Source: Desulfobacterales bacterium (GTDB lineage Bacteria > Desulfobacterota > Desulfobacteria > Desulfobacterales > UBA5852). From it: a stretch of 64,000 bases of DNA. Positions 10,207 to 19,848 of this stretch are shown here, piece after piece; within the stretch, counting starts at the first letter, position 1; every line of letters starts with the position of its first letter. Both the position numbers and the translations under genes were made by a program. Where the stretch lies: NCBI GenBank assembly GCA_963674755.2, contig CAXXVS010000002.1, positions 1,984,001 to 2,048,000 of the forward strand, written 5' to 3'. Under the pieces are notes generated by a model. That model was not told where the DNA came from. It worked only from the letters and a program-made list of their open reading frames with translations, and made no database searches.

Positions 10207-10890
10207 ATGAGGCTTTTGATCGTTGACGATGACAACTTATTGCTGGAGCAGATCCGGCAAGTGTTGGCCGGCCAGCGCTATATCGTCGAGACGGCAACGA
10301 ATGGTGAAGCAGCGTTGGACAAACTATTCGACAACCCTTTCGACGGAATGATCCTCGACATCATGATGCCGAAAGTCGACGGATGGACCGTCTTGGATGA
10401 AGTGCGCAAGGCCGGGATGGACATCCCTGTCCTCATGCTTACAGCCAAGGGTGAGGTGGCGGACAGGGTCAAGGGTCTCGACCTCGGCGCGGATGACTAT
10501 CTTGCCAAACCGTTTTCCCTGGATGAACTGCTGGCCCGAGTGCGGGCCATGCTCCGAAGAGCCTTAGGCCAGTGTGAATCCGTGCTGCAGGTTTGTGATT
10601 TAAAACTGGACACGGTAAGCCGCAAGGTCACCAAAAATGAACGGCCGGTCGAATTGACCCCCCGCGAGTTCGCCATCCTTGAATTTCTCCTTCACAATAT
10701 GGGACGTGTCGTGTCACGTTTCAGCCTGGCCGAACATGTGTGGGGCGATGATTTCGATCCGTTCAACATGTCCAATTTCATCGATGTTCACATGAAAAAT
10801 CTCCGCCAGAAAATAGGGGATTCGGGCCAGGGCAAAATCATCCGAACCATCCGCGGTGTGGGCTACATTATCGAAGACGCTGACCAATGA
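10207..10890 (+). CDS. OmpR-family DNA-binding response regulator
   Basis: REC domain (LDIMMP, GADDYLAKPF) plus winged helix (LTPREF, IRTIRGVGY). Confidence 0.93.
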   Translation: MRLLIVDDDNLLLEQIRQVLAGQRYIVETATNGEAALDKLFDNPFDGMILDIMMPKVDGWTVLDEVRKAGMDIPVLMLTAKGEVADRVKGLDLGADDYLAKPFSLDELLARVRAMLRRALGQCESVLQVCDLKLDTVSRKVTKNERPVELTPREFAILEFLLHNMGRVVSRFSLAEHVWGDDFDPFNMSNFIDVHMKNLRQKIGDSGQGKIIRTIRGVGYIIEDADQ

Positions 10891-12286
10891 CCGTCAAGAC
10901 ACGAATCACCCTCTACATTGTCGGGGCCGGCTCCATCGCCAGTCTCCTGTTTTCCGTTGTCGTGTTTTTCGAATTGATAGAGCAGCCCTTCAAGATTTTG
11001 GATGCCGTACTGCGAAAAGAAGCTTTTCAAGCCGTCAGAATATACATGTTAGAACGCAAGAACGCAGATGCTGGGTCCCCGGAAGTGTTTTCCCAGAATT
11101 TGGGCTATTCGTGGGCGGCGATTTATGACCCGGACACCGATAAAATTCTCTTTCAGTCAGATCTGGCCAAACGGGTAAAACTGCCCCCGCTAAAAATCGG
11201 TACCAGCGCAGTCGTCAGCGCCACCATCCCCATCGGGCCGGCGGTCTGGACCAGGGTGACCACCACGAGGAGACCTTCAGCGTCAGAAGGTATCGGATCA
11301 TTTTAAACGGCGAGCCATTCGTTGTGCAGACCGCATGGCCCATGGAGAAATTGAAAGATGAAATTTGGGAACTGGTTCTAGTAATTTTCGCGGGGCTCAT
11401 CTTTTCCACCCTGGCCCTGGTCGCCATCAGTCATGTCGTGGCCGGTAAAATCCTTCGGCCGATTGGCCAAATGAAAGACCTGGCGCAGGTTATCAGCGAA
11501 AAGAATCTGGACCAACGCATTCCGGTTGGTGAAGAACGGGATGAATTCAGTGAACTGGCTAAAACCATCAATCGAATGCTGGACCGGCTGCAATACTCTT
11601 TTGTGCGGCAAAGGGATTTTCTGTTCGACACTTCCCATGAATTAAAAACACCCCTAACGACCATGCGGCTTGCTGTCGATGAAATTTGCGCCGCCAACCA
11701 GGAAAACCTGCCGCCCCTCCTGCGGGGCGACCTCCTCCGCTTGAACACCCAGGTCTTGCGTATGGAACGCTTGGTCAAGGATCTCTTGAACCTGTCTGCC
11801 TTGGAAACGCTGACCGGTTTGGATCGTAAGCCCCTGGGCCTGAACGCCCTGTTGTCATCCCTGATAGAGGAGTACCGGTTCCTTGCCGAAGCACACCATA
11901 TTACAATCGAGGCCGGCCTTCCTTCAAAACTCGCCCTTCTGGGGGATGAAAAAAAATTGCGGCGCGCCTTTTCAAACATCTTGGACAATGCCATCAAGTA
12001 CAATGTCGAAGGGGGCCGGATTGAGCTGACAGGCGGTCAATCCGCCAGCGAACTGACGATCGCTGTCGGCAACACGGGCCCCGGCGTTCCCGAAGCGGAA
12101 ATCCCCAAGGTCTTTGATCAATTCTACCGAGTTGAAAAGTCCCGCTCGATCGATTATGGCGGCTCCGGCCTGGGGCTGGCCATCGTCAAGCGCATCATCG
12201 AGCTTCATGAGGGCAGGGTGGCCTTTGAAAGCCGTCCGGGGGACTGGACGCAGGTGACGATCCATTTACCCCCCCATCAAGGGTGA
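10887..12286 (+). pseudogene. Sensor histidine kinase (HAMP-HisKA-HATPase) split by one frameshift near 11235-11245
   Basis: TM1 and periplasmic part in the frame of 10887; an open second frame (GLDQGDHHEETFSVRRY...VQTAWPMEK) carries TM2, HAMP, SHELKTPL, NILDNAIKY and GSGLGLAI; could be a sequencing error. Confidence 0.75.
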
Positions 12287-12335
12287 TCCCGGTATGCAAA
12301 CCGATGTCTTTCACAACTCTATTGGGAAAAGGACC

Positions 12336-12896
12336 ATGAAGCGCGACAACCCCTGGCAGACCCTCGGTAGCCGCATCGTCTATCAAAATCCCTGGCTGCG
12401 GCTGCGTGAAGATCAGGTGATTCGTCCCGACGGCAAGGAGGGCATCTACGGCGTGGTCGAAATACGGCCGTCCGTGGGCATCGTGGCGCTGAACGCGGAA
12501 GACGATGTTGCCCTTGTGGGGCAGTGGCGCTATGCGCACCACAAGTTTTCATGGGAAATACCGACCGGGGGCTCCTCAGGGGAAGATGCGGTTATCATCG
12601 AGGCGGCCAAAAGGGAGCTTGAGGAGGAGACGGGCCTGCGGGCCGCCCGCTGGACGCCCCTGGGCTGCATCGACAACAGCAACGGGGTCACCACCGATGT
12701 GGCCCATCTGTACCTGGCGAGGGAACTGACCCTTGGGCCTCCGAAGCAGGACCCTGAAGAACGGATCGTTACCCGCTGGGTCGCCTTTCCCCGGGCCGTT
12801 CAAATGGCCATAAACGGGGAGATCACCGAATCCTGCAGTGTCGCCGCTCTCCTTAAAGTGAAAAACCTGCGCCGGTCAGAGACCGATCGTGCCTAA
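12336..12896 (+). CDS. NUDIX hydrolase (ADP-ribose pyrophosphatase-like)
   Basis: WEIPTGG...AAKRELEEETG Nudix box; start chosen after the AAGGA RBS. Confidence 0.88.
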   Translation: MKRDNPWQTLGSRIVYQNPWLRLREDQVIRPDGKEGIYGVVEIRPSVGIVALNAEDDVALVGQWRYAHHKFSWEIPTGGSSGEDAVIIEAAKRELEEETGLRAARWTPLGCIDNSNGVTTDVAHLYLARELTLGPPKQDPEERIVTRWVAFPRAVQMAINGEITESCSVAALLKVKNLRRSETDRA

Positions 12897-13071
12897 GCTG
12901 GATAAAGACCATCCGGCCCCCGTCAGCTGACCATGTAAAGTCCCCTCCCCATGGCAGGTGCCGGCCGGCGGCCGACAGCAGAGTCGCTCGACCCCACCGA
13001 AGACCTCCGGCCGTTGGAAATGGTTCTTCCCGTCAAAGTCTTCGTCCGACCCGGGAAGACATTTGCAATTT

Positions 13072-14025
13072 CTATAGGTTGCTATCCAGATAGGCCTCGA
13101 ATGCCGGGACCCCGGGCTTGCCGTCCACCGTGGTCACGCCTTCGAGCCAGCCCTGGTAGGATTCCGGGTGGGCCTTGACCCATTGCAGACCGGCCTGGCG
13201 ATGGGTCAAAGATTTGTCCTTGTAGACCGTCGTCATGATCTGGTTCATCATGGCGACCGGGAAGGTCATGTTCTTGAACAGTTTGGCCGCGTTGGGCTGA
13301 TCTTCGGCAAACCCCTTACGGATGTTGGTCCAGACCGTGGCCGTGCCGTCGTTGGGACCGAAGGTGGCGTTCGTGCTGCCCGTGAGATAGGTCATGTCGA
13401 TGCGCTCGTTCATGCTGTGGGGCGCCCAGCCCAGGAAGACGATGCAGCGCTTCTGCTTGACGCGGGACTGCACTTCGGCCAGCATGGCCACCTCGCTGGA
13501 GGGCACCAGCTTGAACTTGCCCAGGCCGAACATGTTCTTTTCGATCATGTCGCGGATGATCAGGTTGCCGTCGTTGCCGGCCTCGATACCGTGGATCTGG
13601 TAGTTGAGTTCTTTGCCGAATTTGGCGATGTCGCTGAAATCCTTGAGACCCTTCTCGGCGCAAAAAGTAGGTACGGCCAAGGTATATTTGGCCCCGGGCA
13701 TGTTGGCCACGTATTGAATCACCGACCCCTTCTTGAAAAACTTGTCGGCGATGCTGGCCATGGAGGGCATCCAATTGCCCAAAAAGACATCCACGTCGCC
13801 GGCATCCAGCGCGGTGTAGACAAAGGGCACGGCCAAGACCTTGTTGTCGGTCTCGTAACCCAGGCTCTTCAGAACGGCCATGGCCAGTTCGGTCTTGATG
13901 GTGACGCCGGTCCAGGTCACGCTGGCCAGTTTGATCTTGGGGGCGGCCGGCGCGGCGGCGGCAAAGGAAACGATGAAAGCAACCAGGACGCCGATAAGAA
14001 GCATCCGTTTGAATGAATAGGACAT
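13072..14025 (-). CDS. Glycine betaine/choline ABC transporter substrate-binding protein (OpuAC/ChoX-like)
   Basis: Signal peptide; DVFLGNWMPS, HGIEAGNDGN, FLGWAPHSMN motifs; GGAGG RBS; last gene of the bet operon. Confidence 0.88.
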   Translation of the reverse strand: MSYSFKRMLLIGVLVAFIVSFAAAAPAAPKIKLASVTWTGVTIKTELAMAVLKSLGYETDNKVLAVPFVYTALDAGDVDVFLGNWMPSMASIADKFFKKGSVIQYVANMPGAKYTLAVPTFCAEKGLKDFSDIAKFGKELNYQIHGIEAGNDGNLIIRDMIEKNMFGLGKFKLVPSSEVAMLAEVQSRVKQKRCIVFLGWAPHSMNERIDMTYLTGSTNATFGPNDGTATVWTNIRKGFAEDQPNAAKLFKNMTFPVAMMNQIMTTVYKDKSLTHRQAGLQWVKAHPESYQGWLEGVTTVDGKPGVPAFEAYLDSNL

Positions 14026-14120
14026 AAAACCTCCTCTATTGGGGTGAATGACAGCGAAACCGGACAATCCAGCGGTTTCAGGGGGCCCACGTGAGGCCTT
14101 TAAATGGGATGACAGAATGC

Positions 14121-15596
14121 TTAATTGCCGAACCAGTTGATTGCGCGGGTCTCGTAATTACGATAGATATATTTGATTTCGGTGTATTCTTCGAGGCCCT
14201 GGCGCCCCAGTTCACGACCGATGCCGGATTGTTTGAAGCCGCCCCAGGGGGCCTGCGCGAAATAGACGTTGAAATCGTTGATCCATACTGTGCCGAAACG
14301 CAGGGCCCGAGCCACCCGTTCCATGCGGTCCGGCTCCCGCGTCCAGAAGCCGGCGGAAAGACCGTAGACCGTGTTGTTGGCGAGGGTCACGGCTTCTTCC
14401 TCGCTGTGAAACCGCTCCACCGTGACCACGGGCCCGAAAACTTCCTCCTGCACGATGTGCATGGGGGTTTCGCACCCCGTAAAAAGCGTCGGGCGGTAAA
14501 AAAATCCCGCCTGTAGTTCAGGGTCGTCGGGCCGCGTCCCGCCCAGCACCAAATGCGCCCCCGCCTTTTGCGCCCGGGCCACATATCCCTCCACCTTGTC
14601 CCGGTGTTCGGCGGAGATAAGGGGCCCCATCTGGGTGCCCTCCTCCAGGCCGTTGCCCAGAACGATACGCATCATACGGCCGCACAGGGCTTCGACAAAG
14701 CGGTCGTGCACGCCGTCCTGGACCAGGAGACGCGCTCCGGCCGAACAGATCTGCCCGGCATGGAAGAAGACCCCGTTTAGAGCGTAGTCCACGGCCAAAT
14801 CGAAATCCGCGTCGTCGAAAATGATGTTGGGGTTCTTGCCCCCCAGTTCCAGAGCCACCCGTTTCACGTTGCCGGCCGCCGCACGCATAATGCCCTTGCC
14901 CGTGGCGATGCCACCGGTAAAGGAAATCAGATCTACACCGTCATTTTCGGCCAATTCGGCCCCCACCTCCGGCCCAGGTCCCAGGACGGTGTTCACCACT
15001 CCCGGGGGAAAACCCGCCTCTTCGGCCAAAGCCGTGATCTTGAGCGTCGTCAGGGGGGTAATCTCGCTGGGTTTCATGACGATGGTGCAGCCGGCTGCCA
15101 GGGCCGGCGCCATTTTCCAGGAGGCCTGCAGGAGCGGGTAGTTCCAAGGCGAAATCTGGCCGCATACCCCCACCGGTTCTCGCACCACCCGGCTGGCAGT
15201 ACCAGGGTGCGGGGAGGCCAGCACCTCGCCGCCCTCCTTGTCGGCCAGCCCGGCATAGTAGCGGAAGATGCCGGCGATATCGCCCATATCCCAGCGGCTC
15301 TCGGTCAGGGTCTTGCCGGTGTCCAGTGTTTCCAGTCGGGCCAGTTCTTCGCGATCGCGTTCGATCAGACCGGCCAGGCGTTCCAGCAGGCGGCCCCGCT
15401 CCGTCGCCGGAGTCGGCGGCCAGTCCCCTTTATCAAAGCAGCGCCGGGCCGCCGCCACAGCGGCGACAGCATCCTCGCGTCCGCCTTCGGCCACCCGGGC
15501 GATGACCGAACCGTCGAAGGGATTGATCACGGTGCGTTGCCGGCCGGAAGCGGCCGCCTGCCAGCAACCGTCGATATAATGGCAGCCCTGGATCAT
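14121..15596 (-). CDS. betB: Betaine aldehyde dehydrogenase
   Basis: ALDH motifs PWNYP, KPSE, FTGG, LELGGK, GQICSAG, EEVFGP; ATGA overlap with betA. Confidence 0.88.
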   Translation of the reverse strand: MIQGCHYIDGCWQAAASGRQRTVINPFDGSVIARVAEGGREDAVAAVAAARRCFDKGDWPPTPATERGRLLERLAGLIERDREELARLETLDTGKTLTESRWDMGDIAGIFRYYAGLADKEGGEVLASPHPGTASRVVREPVGVCGQISPWNYPLLQASWKMAPALAAGCTIVMKPSEITPLTTLKITALAEEAGFPPGVVNTVLGPGPEVGAELAENDGVDLISFTGGIATGKGIMRAAAGNVKRVALELGGKNPNIIFDDADFDLAVDYALNGVFFHAGQICSAGARLLVQDGVHDRFVEALCGRMMRIVLGNGLEEGTQMGPLISAEHRDKVEGYVARAQKAGAHLVLGGTRPDDPELQAGFFYRPTLFTGCETPMHIVQEEVFGPVVTVERFHSEEEAVTLANNTVYGLSAGFWTREPDRMERVARALRFGTVWINDFNVYFAQAPWGGFKQSGIGRELGRQGLEEYTEIKYIYRNYETRAINWFGN

Positions 15597-17242
15597 GCAT
15601 CCCCCTGATCGCCGTGCCGATAATAGGGCAGCGGCTCCGGGGCCAGGGGCGTGTTGCCCCGGATCAGATCGGCCGCCTTCTCCGCGATCATCATCACCGG
15701 CGAATATATGTTGCCGTTGGTGACATAGGGCATGACCGAGGCGTCTACTACTCGCAGGTTTTCCACCCCGTGCACCCGCAGCTGGGGATCGGTCACGGCC
15801 ATGGCATGGGTGCCCATGGCGCAAGTGCAGCTGGGGTGGTAGGCCGACTCGCCCTCCCGGGCCACAAAGTCGAGAATCTCATCATCGCTCTGGACTTTCT
15901 CTCCCGGAGCCAGCTCCTGACCGCGGAACGGATCGAAGGCCGTCTGGGTCATGATCTCCCGGGTCTTGCGGATGGCCTCCACCCACTCCCGGCGCTCCTG
16001 CTTGGTGGACAGGTAGTTGAACAGAATGCGCGGATAGTCGGCCGGATCGGCCGATTTAAGCTTCACGTGCCCGCGCACGTCGGTGTTCATGGGACCGACA
16101 TGCACCTGGTAGCCGTGCCCCTGGCGGGGGGCGGTGCCGTCGTAGCGAATGGCCAGGGGCAAAAAGTGGAACTGGAGATTGGGGTAGGTCACCTGGTCGT
16201 TGCCGCGGATGAACCCCCCGGCCTCGAAGTGGTTGGTGGCGGCTTCGCCGGTGCGGCCCACCAGCCATTTCAACCCGATCCAGGGCTGGTTGTACCATTT
16301 GAGGGCCGGATACATGCTCACCGGCTGCTTGCAGGCATACTGGACGTAGAGCTCAAGGTGGTCCTGGAGGTTTTCCCCCACCCCGGGCAGATCGGCCACC
16401 ACCCGGATACCCAGCTCCGAGAGCTCGGCGGCCTTGCCGATCCCCGAGAGCTGCAGCAGTTGGGGGGAATTGATGGCCCCACCGCAACAGATGATCTCCC
16501 CGCCGAAAGCCCGGACCCGCTTTTTGCCCCGGACATACTCGACCCCCACGGCCCGCCGGCCCTGAAAGAGGATGCGGGTGGCCATGGTGCGGCATTTGAC
16601 CGTCAGGTTGCGGCGGTTCTTCACGGGGTGGACATAGGCCCGGGCTGCATTCCAGCGCCGCCCGCGGTAGGTGGTGCGGTCGAAGCGGCCGAAGCCTTCC
16701 TGCTGGAACCCGTTGACATCTTCGGTGATGGGATAGCCGGCCTGCTGCACGGCTTGGAAGAAAGCGTCGAAGAGGGGATTGTCGCACTCCGGCGTGGTCA
16801 GGTAGAGAGGCCCTGCGGCGCCCTGGTATTGGTCGGCCCCGGCCATACGCGATTCAAAGCGCTTGAAATAGGGCAGGCAGTGGGCATAGGACCAGGTTGC
16901 CAAGCCGTCTTCGCGGGCCCACTTCTCGTAGTCCATGGCATTGCCGCGGATGTAGATCATGCCGTTGATGCAGCTGGATCCCCCCAGGACCTTGCCGCGC
17001 GGCTGGTAGATGCGGCGGTTGTGCATGAAGGGCTCCGGTTCGGACTCGTACCACCAATTGTAGGTCCTGCCGGCCAGGGGATAGGTCAAAGCGGCCGGCA
17101 TGTGAATGCGGAAATCGAGCCGAAAATCCGGCAGCCCCGCTTCCAGGACCAGGACGCGCTGCTTGGGGTTGGTGCTCAGGCGGTTGGCCAGCACCGACCC
17201 GGCCGAACCGCCTCCGACAACGATGAAATCATAGGACGACAT
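15593..17242 (-). CDS. betA: Choline dehydrogenase (GMC oxidoreductase)
   Basis: GGGSAG FAD motif, RGKVLGGSSCINGMIYIRG, SAYHPSCT, NGNIYSPVMMIAEK. Confidence 0.92.
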   Translation of the reverse strand: MSSYDFIVVGGGSAGSVLANRLSTNPKQRVLVLEAGLPDFRLDFRIHMPAALTYPLAGRTYNWWYESEPEPFMHNRRIYQPRGKVLGGSSCINGMIYIRGNAMDYEKWAREDGLATWSYAHCLPYFKRFESRMAGADQYQGAAGPLYLTTPECDNPLFDAFFQAVQQAGYPITEDVNGFQQEGFGRFDRTTYRGRRWNAARAYVHPVKNRRNLTVKCRTMATRILFQGRRAVGVEYVRGKKRVRAFGGEIICCGGAINSPQLLQLSGIGKAAELSELGIRVVADLPGVGENLQDHLELYVQYACKQPVSMYPALKWYNQPWIGLKWLVGRTGEAATNHFEAGGFIRGNDQVTYPNLQFHFLPLAIRYDGTAPRQGHGYQVHVGPMNTDVRGHVKLKSADPADYPRILFNYLSTKQERREWVEAIRKTREIMTQTAFDPFRGQELAPGEKVQSDDEILDFVAREGESAYHPSCTCAMGTHAMAVTDPQLRVHGVENLRVVDASVMPYVTNGNIYSPVMMIAEKAADLIRGNTPLAPEPLPYYRHGDQGDA

Positions 17243-17254
17243 ATAATCACTCCT

Positions 17255-18043
17255 TCAAGACGGCAGATCGACATCGGTAAAAAGGGGCGCTTCCGGTTCG
17301 GCCGGCAAATCCTGCGTTTCCACCACACACTGTCGCAGCAGCCCGTAGTGTCGCCCGATGTAGGACAGAGCCCGCAGGGGTTCGTTGTCGGCGATGGACA
17401 GGGCCGTATCGCGCCAGTTGAGCGCCGCCCGTTCACGATACAGGGGATTCTCGTAAAGCGCATAATCGTGGGAACTGAGTCCCAACTGCAGGGCCTGCAT
17501 CACCCATTCGAACAGTGGGCTGCGGGCCATGCGGGCCAGCATGATATTCAACTGGCGGTCCACCTCGCCAGCCAGCGCAAGATCAGGCTCCGGTTTCCGC
17601 AACAACCCTGCGAAACGTTCGGCTTCCTCGAGCAGGCGGGTCTTTTCGGCGGGTGTCGCCCGGGCGATGGCCAACAGGGTGATGGTCTGATCCATGCTTT
17701 CGCGAAATTCGATCAGCTGCTCCTTTTCCACCGGGCGCTGTTTGAGAAACAGCGCCAGCGACTCGGAAACATTGGCCACTTCCAGCCGGCGGACATAGGC
17801 CCCGCCTTTGGCCCCCTTGCGCACCTCGAGCAGACCTTTCTGCTTCAACACCTGGATGGCCTCGCGCACCACCCCGCGGCCCGTTCCGAACTGGACCTGC
17901 ATCTCACGTTCACTGGGCAGGCGCTCGCCCGGGGTGAGCCGGCCGTCCAGGATGGCGGCTTCCAGCTTGAGGGCGATATCCTCGCTGGCGCGACCGCCTT
18001 GCACGGGCAAAAAGACGGTTTCGGACGGTATGGTTGTCTCCAT
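17255..18043 (-). CDS. GntR/FadR-family transcriptional regulator
   Basis: PGERLPSERE..FGTGRGVVREA wHTH plus FCD-like C-terminal domain; first gene of the bet operon. Confidence 0.9.
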   Translation of the reverse strand: METTIPSETVFLPVQGGRASEDIALKLEAAILDGRLTPGERLPSEREMQVQFGTGRGVVREAIQVLKQKGLLEVRKGAKGGAYVRRLEVANVSESLALFLKQRPVEKEQLIEFRESMDQTITLLAIARATPAEKTRLLEEAERFAGLLRKPEPDLALAGEVDRQLNIMLARMARSPLFEWVMQALQLGLSSHDYALYENPLYRERAALNWRDTALSIADNEPLRALSYIGRHYGLLRQCVVETQDLPAEPEAPLFTDVDLPS

Positions 18044-18131
18044 TGGTCCTACCTTAATAAAAATATAGTTACCATAATATTTATTTTTGGGTTATATAAT
18101 GGAAAAAATACAATTAATGGTACGACCATTA
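18042..18131. promoter_or_regulatory. Two FadR-type operators (TGGT-N3-ACC)
   Basis: Perfect palindrome TAATGGT-acg-ACCATTA at 18115-18131 and ATTGGT-cct-ACC at 18042-18053, overlapping the regulator start codon. Confidence 0.65.
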
Positions 18132-18398
18132 GCTGCCATACTTGTCACTCTCTGTCAACCCCCGGCAACGGTTCTGCGCTCCCACGCGTTTCAAATCCCG
18201 GCGGCTTAATGAATTGGATAGTGATCTTCCTTGGCTATCGCCCGACCAGCATGGTACCTAAATCTTATAATTCCCTTGAAAATTAATTGTAACCAGACTA
18301 TCGATCCATCCGTCTTCATACCTACTTTAGCCATAGTGTGGTTGCGAACCCCGACGCCGGGTGAAATTATTACCCGCGCCGCCGGCAGGAATTACAGC

Positions 18399-19802
18399 AT
18401 GAACAAAAACAGGCCCGCCATCGCCGCTCTCATGATCGTGCTACTGGGAGTGAGCGCCTGCAGCCCCTTTGCCCCGGCGCCCCGTCCGGCAGCGGTCGAC
18501 CCGCTGCCCCCGACGTACGCCCTCTATCCGGTCGAAGCGCCGGATTCCTCCCCGTGGTGGCTCGCCCTCAAATCCGACGAACTGAACCGGCTGCTGACCC
18601 GGGCCTTTACCGACAACCTGACCCTTCAGCAGGTTTGGGCACGCATGCAACAGGCCCAGGCCTTGGCTGTCGTGGCCGGTGCGGATTTATACCCGGATCT
18701 GAACGTCACCGGCGGAACTGTCCATTCCCGCCAGCACAGCGAAAACGGTACCTCGGACACCTATACCACCCGGCTGTATGACATCGGGCTGTCTTCCCGG
18801 TACGAAATCGATCTCTGGGGACGCATCCGGGCCGGGGAAAACGCCGCGACCCTCACAGCGGAAGCCGCCCGGGAGGACTGGAACACCAGCGTGATCGCCC
18901 TGGCCGCCAACGTCGCCCGTACCTGGGCCCAAATCCTGGCCCAGCAGAGTCAGAAACGCCTGCTGGCGAAACAGCTGGAAACCAACCTGACCTACCTGGA
19001 GCTGGTGGAGCTGCGCTATCGCAAGGGCATCGTCTCCGGTCTGGACGTCTTCCAACAGCAGCAGATCGTGGAGGGCGTCCAGTCCCAAATCCCCGTTGTG
19101 GAGTCCCAGGAACAATTGCTGCACAACCAGCTGGCGGTGCTCCTGGGGCAAGCCCCGGGACGCCGTCTGGATATCCAATCCACGGAGCTACCTGTGCCGA
19201 CCCAAGTGCCGGCCGCCGGACTGCCGGCGGATCTGCTCGCCAACCGGCCGGATATACGGGCTGCCGGACAACGGCTGGAGGCCGCCGACTGGCAGCTGGC
19301 CGCGGCCCGGGCCAACCGTCTGCCGGCCATCAGTCTGACCGCTGCGGCCGGTTACGGACCGGCCGACATCGATTTGATGCTGGACAACTGGATCATGAGC
19401 CTGGCCAGCAACCTGACCGCCCCGCTGCTGGACGGCGGACGCCGGGCCGCCGAGGTCGACCGCGCTCGGGCGGCCACCGACGAGAACCTGGCCGCCTATC
19501 GGGAAACCGTTCTCACGGCTGTGCGGGAAGTGCAGGATGCGCTGGTGGCGGAATACTACCAGCACCGCCACATTGCGGCCCTGGATCGCCAACTGACCGC
19601 CGCCCGCAACGCGTTGGTGGAGGCGCGGGAGCTTTACCGCAAGGGGGTTGACGACTATCTGCCGGTTTTGACGCAGCTCCTGGCCGTTCAAAACCTGGAA
19701 CGGGACCTGATCACCCAGAAAACGCAACTTTTAATCGATCGCATCGACCTTTACACCGCCTTGGGCGGCAACTGGCCGGATACGGTCGTGGCCGAAAAAT
19801 AA
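18399..19802 (+). CDS. RND outer membrane lipoprotein (NodT/OprM family)
   Basis: Lipobox VSAC, YEIDLWGR, LLANRPDI, LYTALGG. Confidence 0.9.
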   Translation: MNKNRPAIAALMIVLLGVSACSPFAPAPRPAAVDPLPPTYALYPVEAPDSSPWWLALKSDELNRLLTRAFTDNLTLQQVWARMQQAQALAVVAGADLYPDLNVTGGTVHSRQHSENGTSDTYTTRLYDIGLSSRYEIDLWGRIRAGENAATLTAEAAREDWNTSVIALAANVARTWAQILAQQSQKRLLAKQLETNLTYLELVELRYRKGIVSGLDVFQQQQIVEGVQSQIPVVESQEQLLHNQLAVLLGQAPGRRLDIQSTELPVPTQVPAAGLPADLLANRPDIRAAGQRLEAADWQLAAARANRLPAISLTAAAGYGPADIDLMLDNWIMSLASNLTAPLLDGGRRAAEVDRARAATDENLAAYRETVLTAVREVQDALVAEYYQHRHIAALDRQLTAARNALVEARELYRKGVDDYLPVLTQLLAVQNLERDLITQKTQLLIDRIDLYTALGGNWPDTVVAEK

Positions 19803-19848
19803 CTGCCACGCATATCATCGGTGTGAGAAGAACACGCCGGAAGGAATC

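Noticed and set aside
15614..18286. 890-aa plus-strand ORF
   Set aside because: Antisense shadow of betA and the GntR gene; long stop-free antisense frames are common in high-GC coding DNA and it has no recognisable motif.
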